Notes: generated by a model not told the origin, from the letters alone. A stretch of 64,000 bases of DNA from an uncultured delta proteobacterium (GCA_963716725.1 CAVQUB010000012.1:128001-192000), one strand, 5' to 3'. Positions 28,366-38,742 are shown, counted from the first letter of the stretch. Made by a program: numbers and translations.

Positions 28366-30366
28366 TCAGAGGGCGACGGTCCAGGTCGTCCACTCCTGGT
28401 CGAACTGGGGCGGCAGCACCAGGTCCCAGGCGGCCTCGCTGATGCAGCGCTCGAGCAGCGGGTCTTTCAGCCCGCCCAGGTCGACCCGCGCGACTTCCAC
28501 GATTTCGGCGTAGGTCGACTCGAGCGACACGCTCGCCGTCCCGGCCTTGCCGCCGCAGGCGACGAAGCTGGGGCGCAGCGCGTCCGTGAGCCACTTGTCC
28601 CGGTCGAGCGGCACCACGCGGCCGGAGACACCGACCGTACCGTAGCGAATCAGCGGGTTGATGCTGCCGCGGCCCGAGCCAGTCCCAGACCCGCTCCAGT
28701 CGAGTCCTTCGGTCGAGGGGCGCACTCCCGGCTCGATGGCGAGGTAGCTGGTCACCGGGCTCACCGCGCCGCCGTGCAGAGCGAGCTTCATCATCTCGGG
28801 TTCGGATAGGTCGTTGAGCAAGTCGCTCCCGAAGACGAGCGCCGCCCAACGCTTCCCGGCCGCGGCGTCGGCGTGGATCACGCGCTGAACCCGCTTCGAC
28901 CAGAGCTCACCTTCGGCGCGAACCCAAGCCACGTCGCGCGGGCTGAACAGCAGCCCTTCGAAGCCCTCGCCCTCATCGAGCACGTCGGGGCGCTCGGTGA
29001 CCGCGCCAAGATCCAGATCCGGGGAGTAGAGCCGAAAGTTGTCGACGCGTAGCGGTCGCGCCCACTCCTCGAAGATGGTGTTCATCTGCTTGCGATGCGC
29101 GTGCGCCTCGCTCGCACCCGCGTGCCAGAGCAAGCCGCCGGTGGAGCGCAACGCCGGCGCCCAGACGTGCTGATCGTCACGCACCAGCTTCGGGATATCG
29201 CCGTCGAGCAGGCCCAGGTGCGCGACGGCTCCGCTCGGGCCCAATGCGGCGCGGATGCGCTCGGGTTTGAGCGCGGAGCGCACCAAGGCGTCCGTGGTCA
29301 GCACCAGTCGGCGCGGCCGGCCAGCCGGGGTCGCCGCCAAGATCTTCTCCGCCTCGGCGAGCGCCTGATCGACGGCGCTGCCATTTCGGCGCTCGATCTG
29401 AACCGCTGCCAGATCCCGCCGCGCTCGCTCCACCGGCACCAGCGATCCGTATCGCCGGTGAGTCTTGCGGTCGAAGGTCAGGACTTCCACCGAAGCGTCC
29501 TGAAAGTGGCTCAAGTAGGCCGCCGCCGCCGCTTTCTGAGCGTCCACCTGCTGGTCGGTCAGTGAGCGGGAGGCGTCGATCACCACCACCACCTGGGCTC
29601 TCCGGGGCACGGCGGACACGCGCGGCGAGGCCTCGAGGGAGAAGTGCGTCAGGTAGCGGGTCCCTGTCTGCGCGACCGCGAGCGCACCGCCGAGGGGCTC
29701 CGTCGTCTTCGGGATCAAGCCGAGCTCCGTGTCATTGGCGGGAGCGCCGAGGGCGACGGAAGCCGCCGGTTTGCCATTCACCAAGAGCCTATCGCCGCGA
29801 GCAGGGGCGACCAGCGTCACCGATGCCGGCAGGTCGCGAGTGCCCTGCCGTTCGAGGGTGAAGCGGTGTGCCCCCTTCTCGTAGTGGGTGGGCACGAGCA
29901 TGGTGTACTCGATGGTCTTGGAGTCGTTGGGCGCGACTGGAAAGACCTGGAGCAGAAGCTGCCCTTGATGGCGCCACGAGAGGAGCGCTGGGTCCTTGGG
30001 GTAGTAGCCACCGATGCCGGTGAGTTCTTTGTACTTCGCGGCGGCGGCCTCCGCCTCCATCAGCTCTCCCGCGAACCACTGCGGGCGCCCGCCGAGCGTG
30101 CCGAGGGTCTTCAAACCGACGGCGGTCGCTGCGGCAGGCGTCGATAGCCAGAACATCGCCTGGTCGTGGCGAGAGCCCAGGTTCTCGACGCGCCGCCGAG
30201 AGCGAAGCTCGGCCCAACCGCGGTGCAAGGTCACCTGGACTTCGTGCGCGCGTTCGTAGAGTCGCTCGCTGCGCGTGCCCTGCACCTCGTCGACCGCTCC
30301 CGCCGGTACGGCCATGAACACGAACGACAGCGCGACGGAAAGGGGGCAGCGGCGCACGTCGGGCAT
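28366..30366 (-). CDS. Secreted VIT/VWA-domain protein
   Basis: MIDAS-like DASRS, LTTDA; VIT-like LQVFPVAP; VSPVTSYLAIEPG. Confidence 0.8.
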   Translation of the reverse strand: MPDVRRCPLSVALSFVFMAVPAGAVDEVQGTRSERLYERAHEVQVTLHRGWAELRSRRRVENLGSRHDQAMFWLSTPAAATAVGLKTLGTLGGRPQWFAGELMEAEAAAAKYKELTGIGGYYPKDPALLSWRHQGQLLLQVFPVAPNDSKTIEYTMLVPTHYEKGAHRFTLERQGTRDLPASVTLVAPARGDRLLVNGKPAASVALGAPANDTELGLIPKTTEPLGGALAVAQTGTRYLTHFSLEASPRVSAVPRRAQVVVVIDASRSLTDQQVDAQKAAAAAYLSHFQDASVEVLTFDRKTHRRYGSLVPVERARRDLAAVQIERRNGSAVDQALAEAEKILAATPAGRPRRLVLTTDALVRSALKPERIRAALGPSGAVAHLGLLDGDIPKLVRDDQHVWAPALRSTGGLLWHAGASEAHAHRKQMNTIFEEWARPLRVDNFRLYSPDLDLGAVTERPDVLDEGEGFEGLLFSPRDVAWVRAEGELWSKRVQRVIHADAAAGKRWAALVFGSDLLNDLSEPEMMKLALHGGAVSPVTSYLAIEPGVRPSTEGLDWSGSGTGSGRGSINPLIRYGTVGVSGRVVPLDRDKWLTDALRPSFVACGGKAGTASVSLESTYAEIVEVARVDLGGLKDPLLERCISEAAWDLVLPPQFDQEWTTWTVAL

Positions 30367-30453
30367 GGACAGCGCCTCCCGCGCGGAGTTCCCCCGGCGC
30401 CTCGACCCGCGAAGATTGCGCCGGATTTCCCCGGGCCCCGTAGGTCCGCCGCC

Positions 30454-33400
30454 GTGATACGCTCCCGTACCGCCGTGATCCGCTCGCGCCTCCGCCGCTA
30501 CATCGTCGCGCCGTTGTTCCTGGTTCTTTTGGGGCCAGCGTCGGCCTCCGCCCAGGATCGCGACTCCCCCGCGAGCCCGCCCGCGGCCGCCAGCGACAAG
30601 GGTCGGATCAAGCCCAAGGCCGAGCGGCAGATCGGCGTTCGCGAGCGTCCGACGGTCAAGAAGAAGCAGGCCAAGAAGCAGACGGAGAAGCGCCAAGTCC
30701 GGCTGTCCCTCCAGATCCCGGAGCGGCTCCGCGCGTTGCTGACGAAGAAGATCGATCAGCGCATCGCGAAGAACCGGGCCAAGACCAAGAAGCTGCGATT
30801 CGAAGCCATGCGGCTGCTGGGCAAGTTCATCAACGAGTCGCCCGAAGACGAGCCTGAGATGGCGGAGGCGCTCATGCGCATGGGCGAGCTCGAGTGGGAG
30901 GACTCGCGCGAGCAGTTCCTCGTGAAGTTCGAGGAGTGGGAGAAGCGACCCAGCGATCAGCGAGGGGATCCACCGAATCCGGATTTCTCGCGACCGCGCG
31001 CCCGGTTCTTACGCGTGCTCAAGGACTTCAAGACCTTCGACCAGTACGACCTGGCTCTGTACGTCGATGGGTTCATGGCCAACGAAGAGGCCAAGTTCGA
31101 GGAGGCGCTCGGCCGCTTCAACAAGATCCTCGAGTGGTTCCCCAAGAGCCGATTCGCGCCGGACGCCCACATGGTCCGCGCCGAGTTCGAGTTCACCAAG
31201 GACTTCCCGGATTTCCAGAACGCATTCCGGGAGTACGAAGAGGTCCTCAAGCACAAGGACTCGGAACTCTACGACATCGCGCTCTTCAAGAGCGCCTGGT
31301 GCCTCTGGCGCCTGGACCGACCCGACGAAGCCGCCAAGCGCTTCCTCGCCGTGTTCAAGGCGACCTCGGAGGGCAACACCGGAAAGACCCAGTCCGGAAA
31401 GGACGAGCTTCAGACCGAGGCCCTCAAGAACTTGGTCGCCGTCTTCGTCGAAGACGAGAAGAACCGCGCCGAGGACATGCACCGGTTCCTGGTCAAAGCC
31501 GGCGGCGACAAGTTCGCCGGACGCATCGTGCGCGCGCTGGCCGAGGCGCTCTACGAGCAGTCGCACTACGAGCGGGGTATCGAGGCCTACCGCCTCCTGC
31601 TCAAGCTCGAGCCGATGGCCCCAGACGCTTACAAGTACGGGCTTGCGATCGCACAAGGCCACTCCACCATGGAGAGCTGGGGCAAGCTCCAAGAAGACTA
31701 CCGGTGGCTGCTCAAGGAGTACGTGCAGCCCGCGCCGGGCAGCAAGCAGAAGTCGGGGGCTTGGGTCAAGGCCCACAACCCCGCGACGGTGGCGGCGGCG
31801 GCGGCGGCCATCGAGAAGCAGCTCCGCGACGACGCGGTCGGGCTGCACGGCAAGGCGCAGCACGACAAGACCAGCAAGGGCGAGTTCAGCGGAGCCGTCG
31901 GCCTGTACGAGGTGTACCTGACCCGCTACGCCAAGGGGAAAGAGGCGTACGAGGTTCACTACAACCTCGCCGAAATCTCCTTCTATCACTTGGAGGACGC
32001 CAACAAGGCTGCGGATCACTACATGGCCGCGGTCCGCCTGAACCCCAAGGGGCCTCACTCTCGAGACGCCCTCTACAACGCGCTCGCTGCCCTCGAATTC
32101 GCTCGGTACAAGGAGCTCGAGGCCAAGAAGGCCGCGGGCAAGAAGGCCGAAGAGTCACCAACGGACAAGAAGCTCACCGAGGCGATGGAGCTGTACATCA
32201 AGACGTACCCCAACGACCCGAACATCCCCGAGCTGCTCTTCCGGCAGGGCAAGCTTTACTACGACTACGAAATCTACGACCCGGCGGTCCGGCAGTTCGG
32301 GCTCTTGGTAGAGAAGTACCCGCGAGGCAAATATGCGGAAGGTGCCGGCGAGCTCATTCTCGACAGCTTCAACAAGAGCAAGGACTACGAGAACATCGAG
32401 ACCTGGGCGCGCCGCCTCAAAGCAGCGCCGGCCTTCATGGCGCCCGACAAGCAGACGCGCCTGAACGGGCTGATCGTGGTCGCGGTGTTCAAGCAGGGCG
32501 AGCAGCTCTCCGAGGCCGGCAAGCACGACAAAGCCGCATCGGCGTACCTGCGCGCCGCGAAGGAGTTCCCGACTGAGCCGCGGGCCGCGCAGGCCGCGGT
32601 CAACGCCGAGATGGAAGCCAAGAAGGGTGGCGACCTCGAAACGATGAAGGCCGCCGTGGCGATCCTGATCTCCGATCACCGAGGGCGTGACGAGGCAGCG
32701 CAAGGCGCGTGGATCGCGGCGAACACTTTCCAAGAGGTGGGGCTCTTCAGCGAGGCGGCCGACTATCACGACGTCATCGCCGAGAACTTCCCGAAGTCGG
32801 AGCACCACAAGGACGCCGCGTTCAACTCGGTGCTCTTGCGCACGACCGTGGGCGACACGCAGCGCGCCATCGACAGCGGCAATCGCTTTCGCAAGACCTA
32901 CCCCCGGGACGAGAGCGCCGAGGAGGTCACCTTCTTGATGGGCAAGGCCTACGAGAAGGCCGAAAAGTGGAAGGACGCCGCGGGCATCTACGAGCGCTAC
33001 ACGCACAACGCCAAGACGCCCAGCGGGCAGATCGAAGCCTACGTGCGCCTGGCGTCGGTGCGCGTGAAGCTGGGCGACGAAAAGGGCGCCGGGACCGCGC
33101 TCTCGCGCGCCATGGACACCTACAAGCAGCGTAAGGGTGGCCTCGACGACAGCGGCAAGTACTTCGCCGCCAAGGCCAAGTACCTCCAGGGTGAGCGCAT
33201 CTTGGCGGAGTTCGAGGCCGTAAAAATCGAAGGCGACGTCAAGCAGCTGAAGGGCCGACTGAAGAAGAAGGGCGAGCTCCTGAAGAAGGCCGCCGACACC
33301 TTCCTCGGAACCGCGGAGATGGCCGTGGCCGAGTGGACCACCGCCTCGCTCTATCAGATCGGGTTCACCTACGAGACCTTCACCAAGGCGTTGCTCAATT

Positions 33401-33888
33401 CACCGCCACCGGCGGCACTCAGCAAAGACGAGCAGGAACTCTACAAGCAGCAAATCGACGAGTTCGTGGTGCCGATCGAAGAGCGCGCGCTCGAGGCGTA
33501 CGAGAGCGGTTGGAAGAAGGCCCTGGAACTCGGCATCTTCAATAGCTGGACCGCCAAGATGCGAGCTGCGCTCGGCCGACTCAACTCGGAGCTCTATCCA
33601 CCGCTCAAAGAGATCGGGCTCGAGCTCCAGAGCAAGGGACCGGCGCCGCTGCCTGCGCTCATCGACGGGACTCGGCGTACCAAGGACAATCGCAGCGAGC
33701 CTTATCTGATCCCCGCGCCCGAGCTGCCCGAGCGCAAAGACAAAGACGACAAGAAGGCCGACAAGAAGGCCGACAAGAAGGCCAAAGACGACCCCGCAGA
33801 CAAGACCGACGAGCCTCGGAAGGACGAAAAGCCCTCTGAGAAGCCCACGCTCACGGGCAAGGGCGTGAAGAAGGGCGGCAAAAAGTGA
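30454..33888 (+). CDS. Large secreted TPR protein, GltD/AgmU-like
   Basis: Signal peptide; many TPRs; W..ASLYQIG..YE.F...L.NSPPP...LSKDEQELYKQQI...PIEERA C-terminal signature. Confidence 0.75.
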   Translation: MIRSRTAVIRSRLRRYIVAPLFLVLLGPASASAQDRDSPASPPAAASDKGRIKPKAERQIGVRERPTVKKKQAKKQTEKRQVRLSLQIPERLRALLTKKIDQRIAKNRAKTKKLRFEAMRLLGKFINESPEDEPEMAEALMRMGELEWEDSREQFLVKFEEWEKRPSDQRGDPPNPDFSRPRARFLRVLKDFKTFDQYDLALYVDGFMANEEAKFEEALGRFNKILEWFPKSRFAPDAHMVRAEFEFTKDFPDFQNAFREYEEVLKHKDSELYDIALFKSAWCLWRLDRPDEAAKRFLAVFKATSEGNTGKTQSGKDELQTEALKNLVAVFVEDEKNRAEDMHRFLVKAGGDKFAGRIVRALAEALYEQSHYERGIEAYRLLLKLEPMAPDAYKYGLAIAQGHSTMESWGKLQEDYRWLLKEYVQPAPGSKQKSGAWVKAHNPATVAAAAAAIEKQLRDDAVGLHGKAQHDKTSKGEFSGAVGLYEVYLTRYAKGKEAYEVHYNLAEISFYHLEDANKAADHYMAAVRLNPKGPHSRDALYNALAALEFARYKELEAKKAAGKKAEESPTDKKLTEAMELYIKTYPNDPNIPELLFRQGKLYYDYEIYDPAVRQFGLLVEKYPRGKYAEGAGELILDSFNKSKDYENIETWARRLKAAPAFMAPDKQTRLNGLIVVAVFKQGEQLSEAGKHDKAASAYLRAAKEFPTEPRAAQAAVNAEMEAKKGGDLETMKAAVAILISDHRGRDEAAQGAWIAANTFQEVGLFSEAADYHDVIAENFPKSEHHKDAAFNSVLLRTTVGDTQRAIDSGNRFRKTYPRDESAEEVTFLMGKAYEKAEKWKDAAGIYERYTHNAKTPSGQIEAYVRLASVRVKLGDEKGAGTALSRAMDTYKQRKGGLDDSGKYFAAKAKYLQGERILAEFEAVKIEGDVKQLKGRLKKKGELLKKAADTFLGTAEMAVAEWTTASLYQIGFTYETFTKALLNSPPPAALSKDEQELYKQQIDEFVVPIEERALEAYESGWKKALELGIFNSWTAKMRAALGRLNSELYPPLKEIGLELQSKGPAPLPALIDGTRRTKDNRSEPYLIPAPELPERKDKDDKKADKKADKKAKDDPADKTDEPRKDEKPSEKPTLTGKGVKKGGKK

Positions 33889-34979
33889 AACGGTCGAGCC
33901 TGCTCGGAGCCGCCTCCGCCGCGCTGATCGCCGTGGCCTGTGGTGGAGGTGCCGCCAAGCTCGAGAGGGCGCCCATCTTGCCGCCCGCAAATCCTCAGGC
34001 TCTAGGCAAGATGGTTCAGGCCGTTCAGAGCGCGAACGAGAAACAGAAGGCCATCGCGCTCCTGCGCGACGCCGTCAAGATCGACCCGAACCTGTGGGAA
34101 GCCCGCTACAACCTCGGCGTGCTGTTGGCTCAGGTCGGGGACTTTGCCGAGGCCGAGCAAGAGCTCTCCAAGACCCAGTCCCTCGCGCCCAACGCCGAGG
34201 ACGTGGTGGTGGCCCTGGGCGAGGTCCGCCGGCGCTTGGAGGACCCCAAGGGAGCGGTATCGGTCCTCGAGCCCTTCGTGAAGGCGAACCCCAAAGCGGT
34301 AGCCGCGCGTATCGAGCTCGTCAGCGCCCTGCGCGAAGCCGGCGACGTCGAGTTGGCCATCCGCTACGCACGCGAAGTGCTCTTGCGGCGCTCGAACGAC
34401 CCGAACGCGCTGGCCGAGCTCGCCATGAGCCACCTCGAGCGCGGCGAAGTGGACGCCGCGGAGCTATTGGTCAAGGAGGCCGAGAAGGCCGCGCCAGACA
34501 ACGCGATCGTGGTGCGCACTTCGGGCCTGGTGTCGCTCAAGCGCGGGGACGACGCGGTGGCGTTCAAGCGCTTCGCCCGCGCCAGTGAGCTCGACCCTAA
34601 AGACACCACGGCGCGCTTGAACACCGGAACGGTGCTGCTTCAGGCCGGTATCTACGAGAAGGCAGCCGAGGAGTTCCGCGGTGTATTGGCCGTAAACCCC
34701 GACGAAATCATGGCCAGCATCGGCCTGGCCGCGGCGCTCCGCGGCACCGGGAGTCGCGACAAGACGGGCCCGTTTTACGAGGCGGAGAAGATCCTGAAGC
34801 AAGTCCTCGGCCGCGAGCCCAAGAACCTGTCCGCCCTCTTCAACCTGGGCGTGCTCTACGCCGACTACTTGAAGAAGCCCGGTGATGCGAAGCCGCACTT
34901 GACCAAGTTCGTCGACCTCGCTCCGAAGGCCCATCCGGCTCGCGCGGAAGCCCAGAAGATCTTGAGCGGGACCAAGTAA
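33885..34979 (+). CDS. TPR lipoprotein, GltE-like
   Basis: Lipobox AVAC; TPR array; GTGA overlap with the upstream GltD-like gene. Confidence 0.7.
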   Translation: MKRSSLLGAASAALIAVACGGGAAKLERAPILPPANPQALGKMVQAVQSANEKQKAIALLRDAVKIDPNLWEARYNLGVLLAQVGDFAEAEQELSKTQSLAPNAEDVVVALGEVRRRLEDPKGAVSVLEPFVKANPKAVAARIELVSALREAGDVELAIRYAREVLLRRSNDPNALAELAMSHLERGEVDAAELLVKEAEKAAPDNAIVVRTSGLVSLKRGDDAVAFKRFARASELDPKDTTARLNTGTVLLQAGIYEKAAEEFRGVLAVNPDEIMASIGLAAALRGTGSRDKTGPFYEAEKILKQVLGREPKNLSALFNLGVLYADYLKKPGDAKPHLTKFVDLAPKAHPARAEAQKILSGTK

Positions 34980-35108
34980 CCCGTCACTTGATGGGTGGCG
35001 GCAGGTCGGGCACGCACTCGATCGACACCGTGGTGCTCGACGGAGCCCACGCCAGGCTCAACGGGTCGAACTGGATGCCGCCGGGGCTCGTGATCCAGGA
35101 GCGTGGAT

Positions 35109-35849
35109 TCAGCGCTTCTGGAGCAACAGGAGATAGTTGAAGCCGCGCAGAAAGAACCCGCCTTCGTCGGCGGCTTTGCGGTAGTTGCCCATGTCGAGAG
35201 TCTTGTTGTGGCGCACCACGGCGACGACGTCGTGGGGCACGAAGTGCTTCTTTGCCAGCTCGAAGAGCTCGAAGCCGAGGGGGAAGAACCCGCGATCCTT
35301 CTTGAACACGTCGCAGACGTAGATCGCCAGCATGCAGCGGTCCGAGAGCACCCGCGCGCATTCGTCCAATACTAGGCGCATGGCCCGCTGATATCGGCCG
35401 TCGGCTTTCAGCTTGCCAATGCAGCGCTCGTCGTCGGAGTAATCCAGGTTGTCTGCGTAGGGCGGGTCCATGAACACCAGGTCCACGCTCGCATTCTTGA
35501 GGGGCAGGCTGCGGGCGTCGGCAGCGACGATCTCCGGCCGCGTCGGCGCGAGGTCGAAGCCCAGACCCGTTCGGCCGAGGTCCCGGCAGACGTCCAGCGT
35601 GGTTCCGCTGCCGCAGAAGGGGTCCAGGACCCTCTCGCCCGGCTTCGTGAAGCGGTGGATCACGTTCCAGATCACATAGCTCGGCGTGGCGCCGCGGTAG
35701 TCTCGGTTGCCTTGTTGCTCATTGCCGTAGTGCTGCGATGGGTAGTCCCAGAGCGTGGTGACCTGGGGCCGCAGCTCGGGCTTTTCGAAGCGTTGTCGTG
35801 CGGGCTGTTCGTACTGCCCGCGCGGGCGTGGTGACTTGGTGGGCTTCAC
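35109..35849 (-). CDS. Orphan amino-methyltransferase (N6/N4 DNA MTase or TRM11-like)
   Basis: VLDPFCGSGTT (motif I) followed by DPPY (motif IV); start uncertain. Confidence 0.8.
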   Translation of the reverse strand: MKPTKSPRPRGQYEQPARQRFEKPELRPQVTTLWDYPSQHYGNEQQGNRDYRGATPSYVIWNVIHRFTKPGERVLDPFCGSGTTLDVCRDLGRTGLGFDLAPTRPEIVAADARSLPLKNASVDLVFMDPPYADNLDYSDDERCIGKLKADGRYQRAMRLVLDECARVLSDRCMLAIYVCDVFKKDRGFFPLGFELFELAKKHFVPHDVVAVVRHNKTLDMGNYRKAADEGGFFLRGFNYLLLLQKR

Positions 35850-36023
35850 GCCGTCTCGAGTTCGACGCGAGCCATCGCCCGAGTACGAAGCCGGTTCGCC
35901 CACCAGGTGATGGTCCGACCGATCACGTACAGCAGCGTGGCGGTGCCAGCTGAGAAGGCGCACCCGACACAGGTCTCCATGTGTGACGAGTCTAGCGCCC
36001 GCCGGCCGCCGGCGCATGCCTCA

Positions 36024-37328
36024 TCAGGCGTCGGTGGACGTTTCGGCTTCGTACGCCGTGCGAGCGGCTCCCTGTGCGATCTCACGGGGAAGCACCGCCC
36101 GTCCGAGGGCCAGCCCGCCGACGGCCGCCGTGCCCGAGGCGACCAGCACGGCAAGCTTTGCGGTCTCGAGGGTTGGGCCGGCCGGGAAGGCGAGACCAGC
36201 GACGAACAAGGACATCGTGAAACCGATGCCTCCCACCAGGCCCACGACCAATACGCCGCTCCAACGAACCCCCCGCGGGAGCAGCGTGATGCGAAGCTGG
36301 GCTGCTATCCAGGACGCGCCGGCGATGCCGATGGTCTTGCCGGCGACCAAGCCCAGCGTGATGCCAGCAAAGAGCATCACCCCGCTGCCCGAGATGGCAA
36401 CGCCGGCCAGGGGAACACCAGCGTTGGCCAGGGCGAAAAGCGGCATGATCGCGTACGCGACCGTGCCGTGAAACTGCTGCTGCAGCGCGTCGACCGGCGA
36501 TACGGTTTCGTTCGCCCAGGTCCGCACCGGGGTGAGGAAACCGACGGCGACGCCGGCGAGTGTCGGGTGCACGCCGGCGCGATACACGCCCGCCCACACG
36601 ATCAGCGCGGGGATGATGTACGTGATGGCGGAGCGCGCGCCGAAGAGCTGCAACACCACGATGGCAGCGATGCCGCCGCCCGCGATGACAAATCCGAGGA
36701 AATCGATCCCGGTCGAATAGAAGATGGCGATGACCAGGATCGCGCCGACGTCGTCGATGACCGCCAGGGCGAGGAGCAGCACGCGGAGGGCGGGCGGCAC
36801 ACGGCGTCCGAGCAGCGCGAGCACGCCCACGGCGAACGCGATGTCGGTGGCCATGGGGATGCCCCAGCCGCGCATTGTCGGCTGACCTTGATTCAAGCCG
36901 ATGAAGATTGCGGCGGGCACGACCATGCCGCCGAGCGCCGCCACCAGGGGCAGCGCCGCACGCCGAAGCTCGCTGAGCTCGCCCTGATGGATTTCGCGAC
37001 GGATCTCCAACCCCACGACGAAGAAGAAGATCGTCATGAGCCCGTCGTTGATCCAAAAGTGCAGATCGCGTTCGAAGCGAAAGCCCGCGACGTTCAAACC
37101 GATGGGCGTGTGCCAGAGTGCGGTGTAGGACGCGCTCCACGGCGAGTTCGCCCAGGCGAGGGCGAGCACCGCGGTGGCCAATAGGACGATCCCGCTGGCG
37201 GCCTCGATGGCGATGAATCGCTCGACCGGGCGCAGCAGGCGTCGCACCAGCAGTTGGGCCGGAACCCAAGCCCCCGGCTGGCCGATCTTTGCGGAGGGAT
37301 CGATGTTGCTCTTCGGGCTCGCTTGCAT
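36024..37328 (-). CDS. nhaA: Na+/H+ antiporter NhaA
   Basis: WINDGLM, GWGIPMATDIAFA, LAVIDD, GIGFTMSLF. Confidence 0.95.
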   Translation of the reverse strand: MQASPKSNIDPSAKIGQPGAWVPAQLLVRRLLRPVERFIAIEAASGIVLLATAVLALAWANSPWSASYTALWHTPIGLNVAGFRFERDLHFWINDGLMTIFFFVVGLEIRREIHQGELSELRRAALPLVAALGGMVVPAAIFIGLNQGQPTMRGWGIPMATDIAFAVGVLALLGRRVPPALRVLLLALAVIDDVGAILVIAIFYSTGIDFLGFVIAGGGIAAIVVLQLFGARSAITYIIPALIVWAGVYRAGVHPTLAGVAVGFLTPVRTWANETVSPVDALQQQFHGTVAYAIMPLFALANAGVPLAGVAISGSGVMLFAGITLGLVAGKTIGIAGASWIAAQLRITLLPRGVRWSGVLVVGLVGGIGFTMSLFVAGLAFPAGPTLETAKLAVLVASGTAAVGGLALGRAVLPREIAQGAARTAYEAETSTDA

Positions 37329-37512
37329 GATCAGTCGGACGCTCCCACCGGCTGGCGGCCCGACCAGCCCGAACCTGCAACGGCGACCCGTTGCACCCAG
37401 GAATTCGAGAGTATTTGGGCCGAGTGAGCCGGAGGTCAAGGCTCACGCTCGAAGAACGAGGCCCCACGCGACCTGTGTCGCGCAGGGCCTTGGTTCGCGG
37501 CGACGTACCGCC

Positions 37513-38391
37513 TCAGTTACAGAACCATTTGCTCGAGACGCAGGTGCACTGCAGACCACCCCAAGTGCAGATTTGCCCCGTGCCGATGTTGCAGCTGCTG
37601 CCCGCCTGGGGCGGGCTCGACGGGCACGAGGATCCGCCGGAGCACGACCACTGACCGTTGTTGCAGGTGCAGCGGGCGTTGCCGTACTCGCAGCGGATGC
37701 CGGACAGCGAGGTCTGGCCCGAGATGCAGCTTCCGCTCGGCTGCGTCGCCGGGCAGGTGCCGCAGTCCCAGTCGGGGTTGCTGCCGTAGCACATGCACTG
37801 CTCGGTGCCGTAGAAGCACTGGGGGAAGTCGTTCCCGGCGCCGGTGTTGCACTGCCCGTTGGGAGTGGGCTTGGCCGTTGGGCAAGGATCGCAGTCCCAG
37901 TTGCCGTTCCAACACGTGCACTGCTGATTGCCGTAGGTGCAGTTCTGGAGCGGCGTCTGGCACTGGCCCGTCGGCTGCGTCCCCGGGCAGGTCGACGTGC
38001 CGCCGCCGGTGCCGCCGGTGCCGCCGGTCGTGGTGCCACCGGTGCCGCCGGTCGACGTGCCGCCGGTGCCACCGCTGGTCGAGCCGCCCGCGCCTGCGGT
38101 TCCTCCGCCCGCGCCTGCGGTTCCTCCGCCCGCGCCCGCGGTTCCTCCGCCCGCGCCCGCGGTTCCTCCGCCCGCGCCCGCGGTTCCTCCGCCCGCGCCC
38201 GCGGTTCCTCCGCCCGCGCCCGCGGTTCCTCCGCCGCTTCCCCCGGTTCCACCGCCGGACGAGCCGCCCGTGTTCTTTCCACCGGTCCCGCCGGTGGACT
38301 TGCTGTCCTCCTCGCTATCTCCGCCGCAAGCGGTGGCGACCAGCAGCGCCGAGAACACACTCATCAGTCCGAATCGCGTCAGCCTCAACAT
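37513..38391 (-). CDS. Gly-rich linker, Cys-rich repeat lipoprotein
   Basis: Lipobox ATAC; four CP...P...C...C.YG...C.C...W.C modules. Confidence 0.8.
   Translation of the reverse strand: MLRLTRFGLMSVFSALLVATACGGDSEEDSKSTGGTGGKNTGGSSGGGTGGSGGGTAGAGGGTAGAGGGTAGAGGGTAGAGGGTAGAGGGTAGAGGGTAGAGGSTSGGTGGTSTGGTGGTTTGGTGGTGGGTSTCPGTQPTGQCQTPLQNCTYGNQQCTCWNGNWDCDPCPTAKPTPNGQCNTGAGNDFPQCFYGTEQCMCYGSNPDWDCGTCPATQPSGSCISGQTSLSGIRCEYGNARCTCNNGQWSCSGGSSCPSSPPQAGSSCNIGTGQICTWGGLQCTCVSSKWFCN
38084..38230. repeat. 21-bp tandem repeat x7 encoding GGGTAGA
   Basis: ccgcccgcgcc(c/t)gcggttcct units. Confidence 0.92.
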
Positions 38392-38470
38392 GCAGAAACC
38401 TCCTGAAACCTATCTTTGGGGGATTCGAATCGCGGTCGCTGGCTCCGGCGAAATCCGGGGCCGCACCTCT

Positions 38471-38548
38471 TCAACGGCAGAACCAATCGTTTGAGACGCG
38501 GCTGCACTGCAGCCCGCCCCCAGCGCAGACTTGCCCCGCGGGGAGCGC
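38471..38548 (-). pseudogene. Degenerate copy of the 3' end of the adjacent lipoprotein gene
   Basis: Reads GQVCAGGGLQCSRVSNDWFCR* versus gene end GQICTWGGLQCTCVSSKWFCN*. Confidence 0.7.
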
Positions 38549-38742
38549 CGACACAGCTCTAGCGCCACCCAACCTCGAAACCTTCGCCATCAATCCTCCT
38601 AAAGCAAGCCATCGGCACTATAGCTCGGTTCGGACCACGGCGGCATCCACTCGGAATGAGCCCGGTTTGCACCCGCGTTTGACTCCGGCGCGGTCTTTCT
38701 GCGATGCATTTGCCCCCGGGGTTTCCCGCGGAGTGACGTAAT

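Noticed and set aside
34984..35108. Gene-end-like fragment (...VSIECVPDLPPPIK*) after the methyltransferase
   Set aside because: Could be a gene remnant, but it is too short and has no start, so it cannot be supported without a search.
38084..38230. CRISPR array
   Set aside because: The repeats are contiguous with no spacers, in frame inside a lipoprotein linker; no cas genes.
37513..38548. Diversity-generating retroelement TR/VR pair
   Set aside because: Mismatches are not confined to adenines (many synonymous T/C/G changes) and no reverse transcriptase is in the window.
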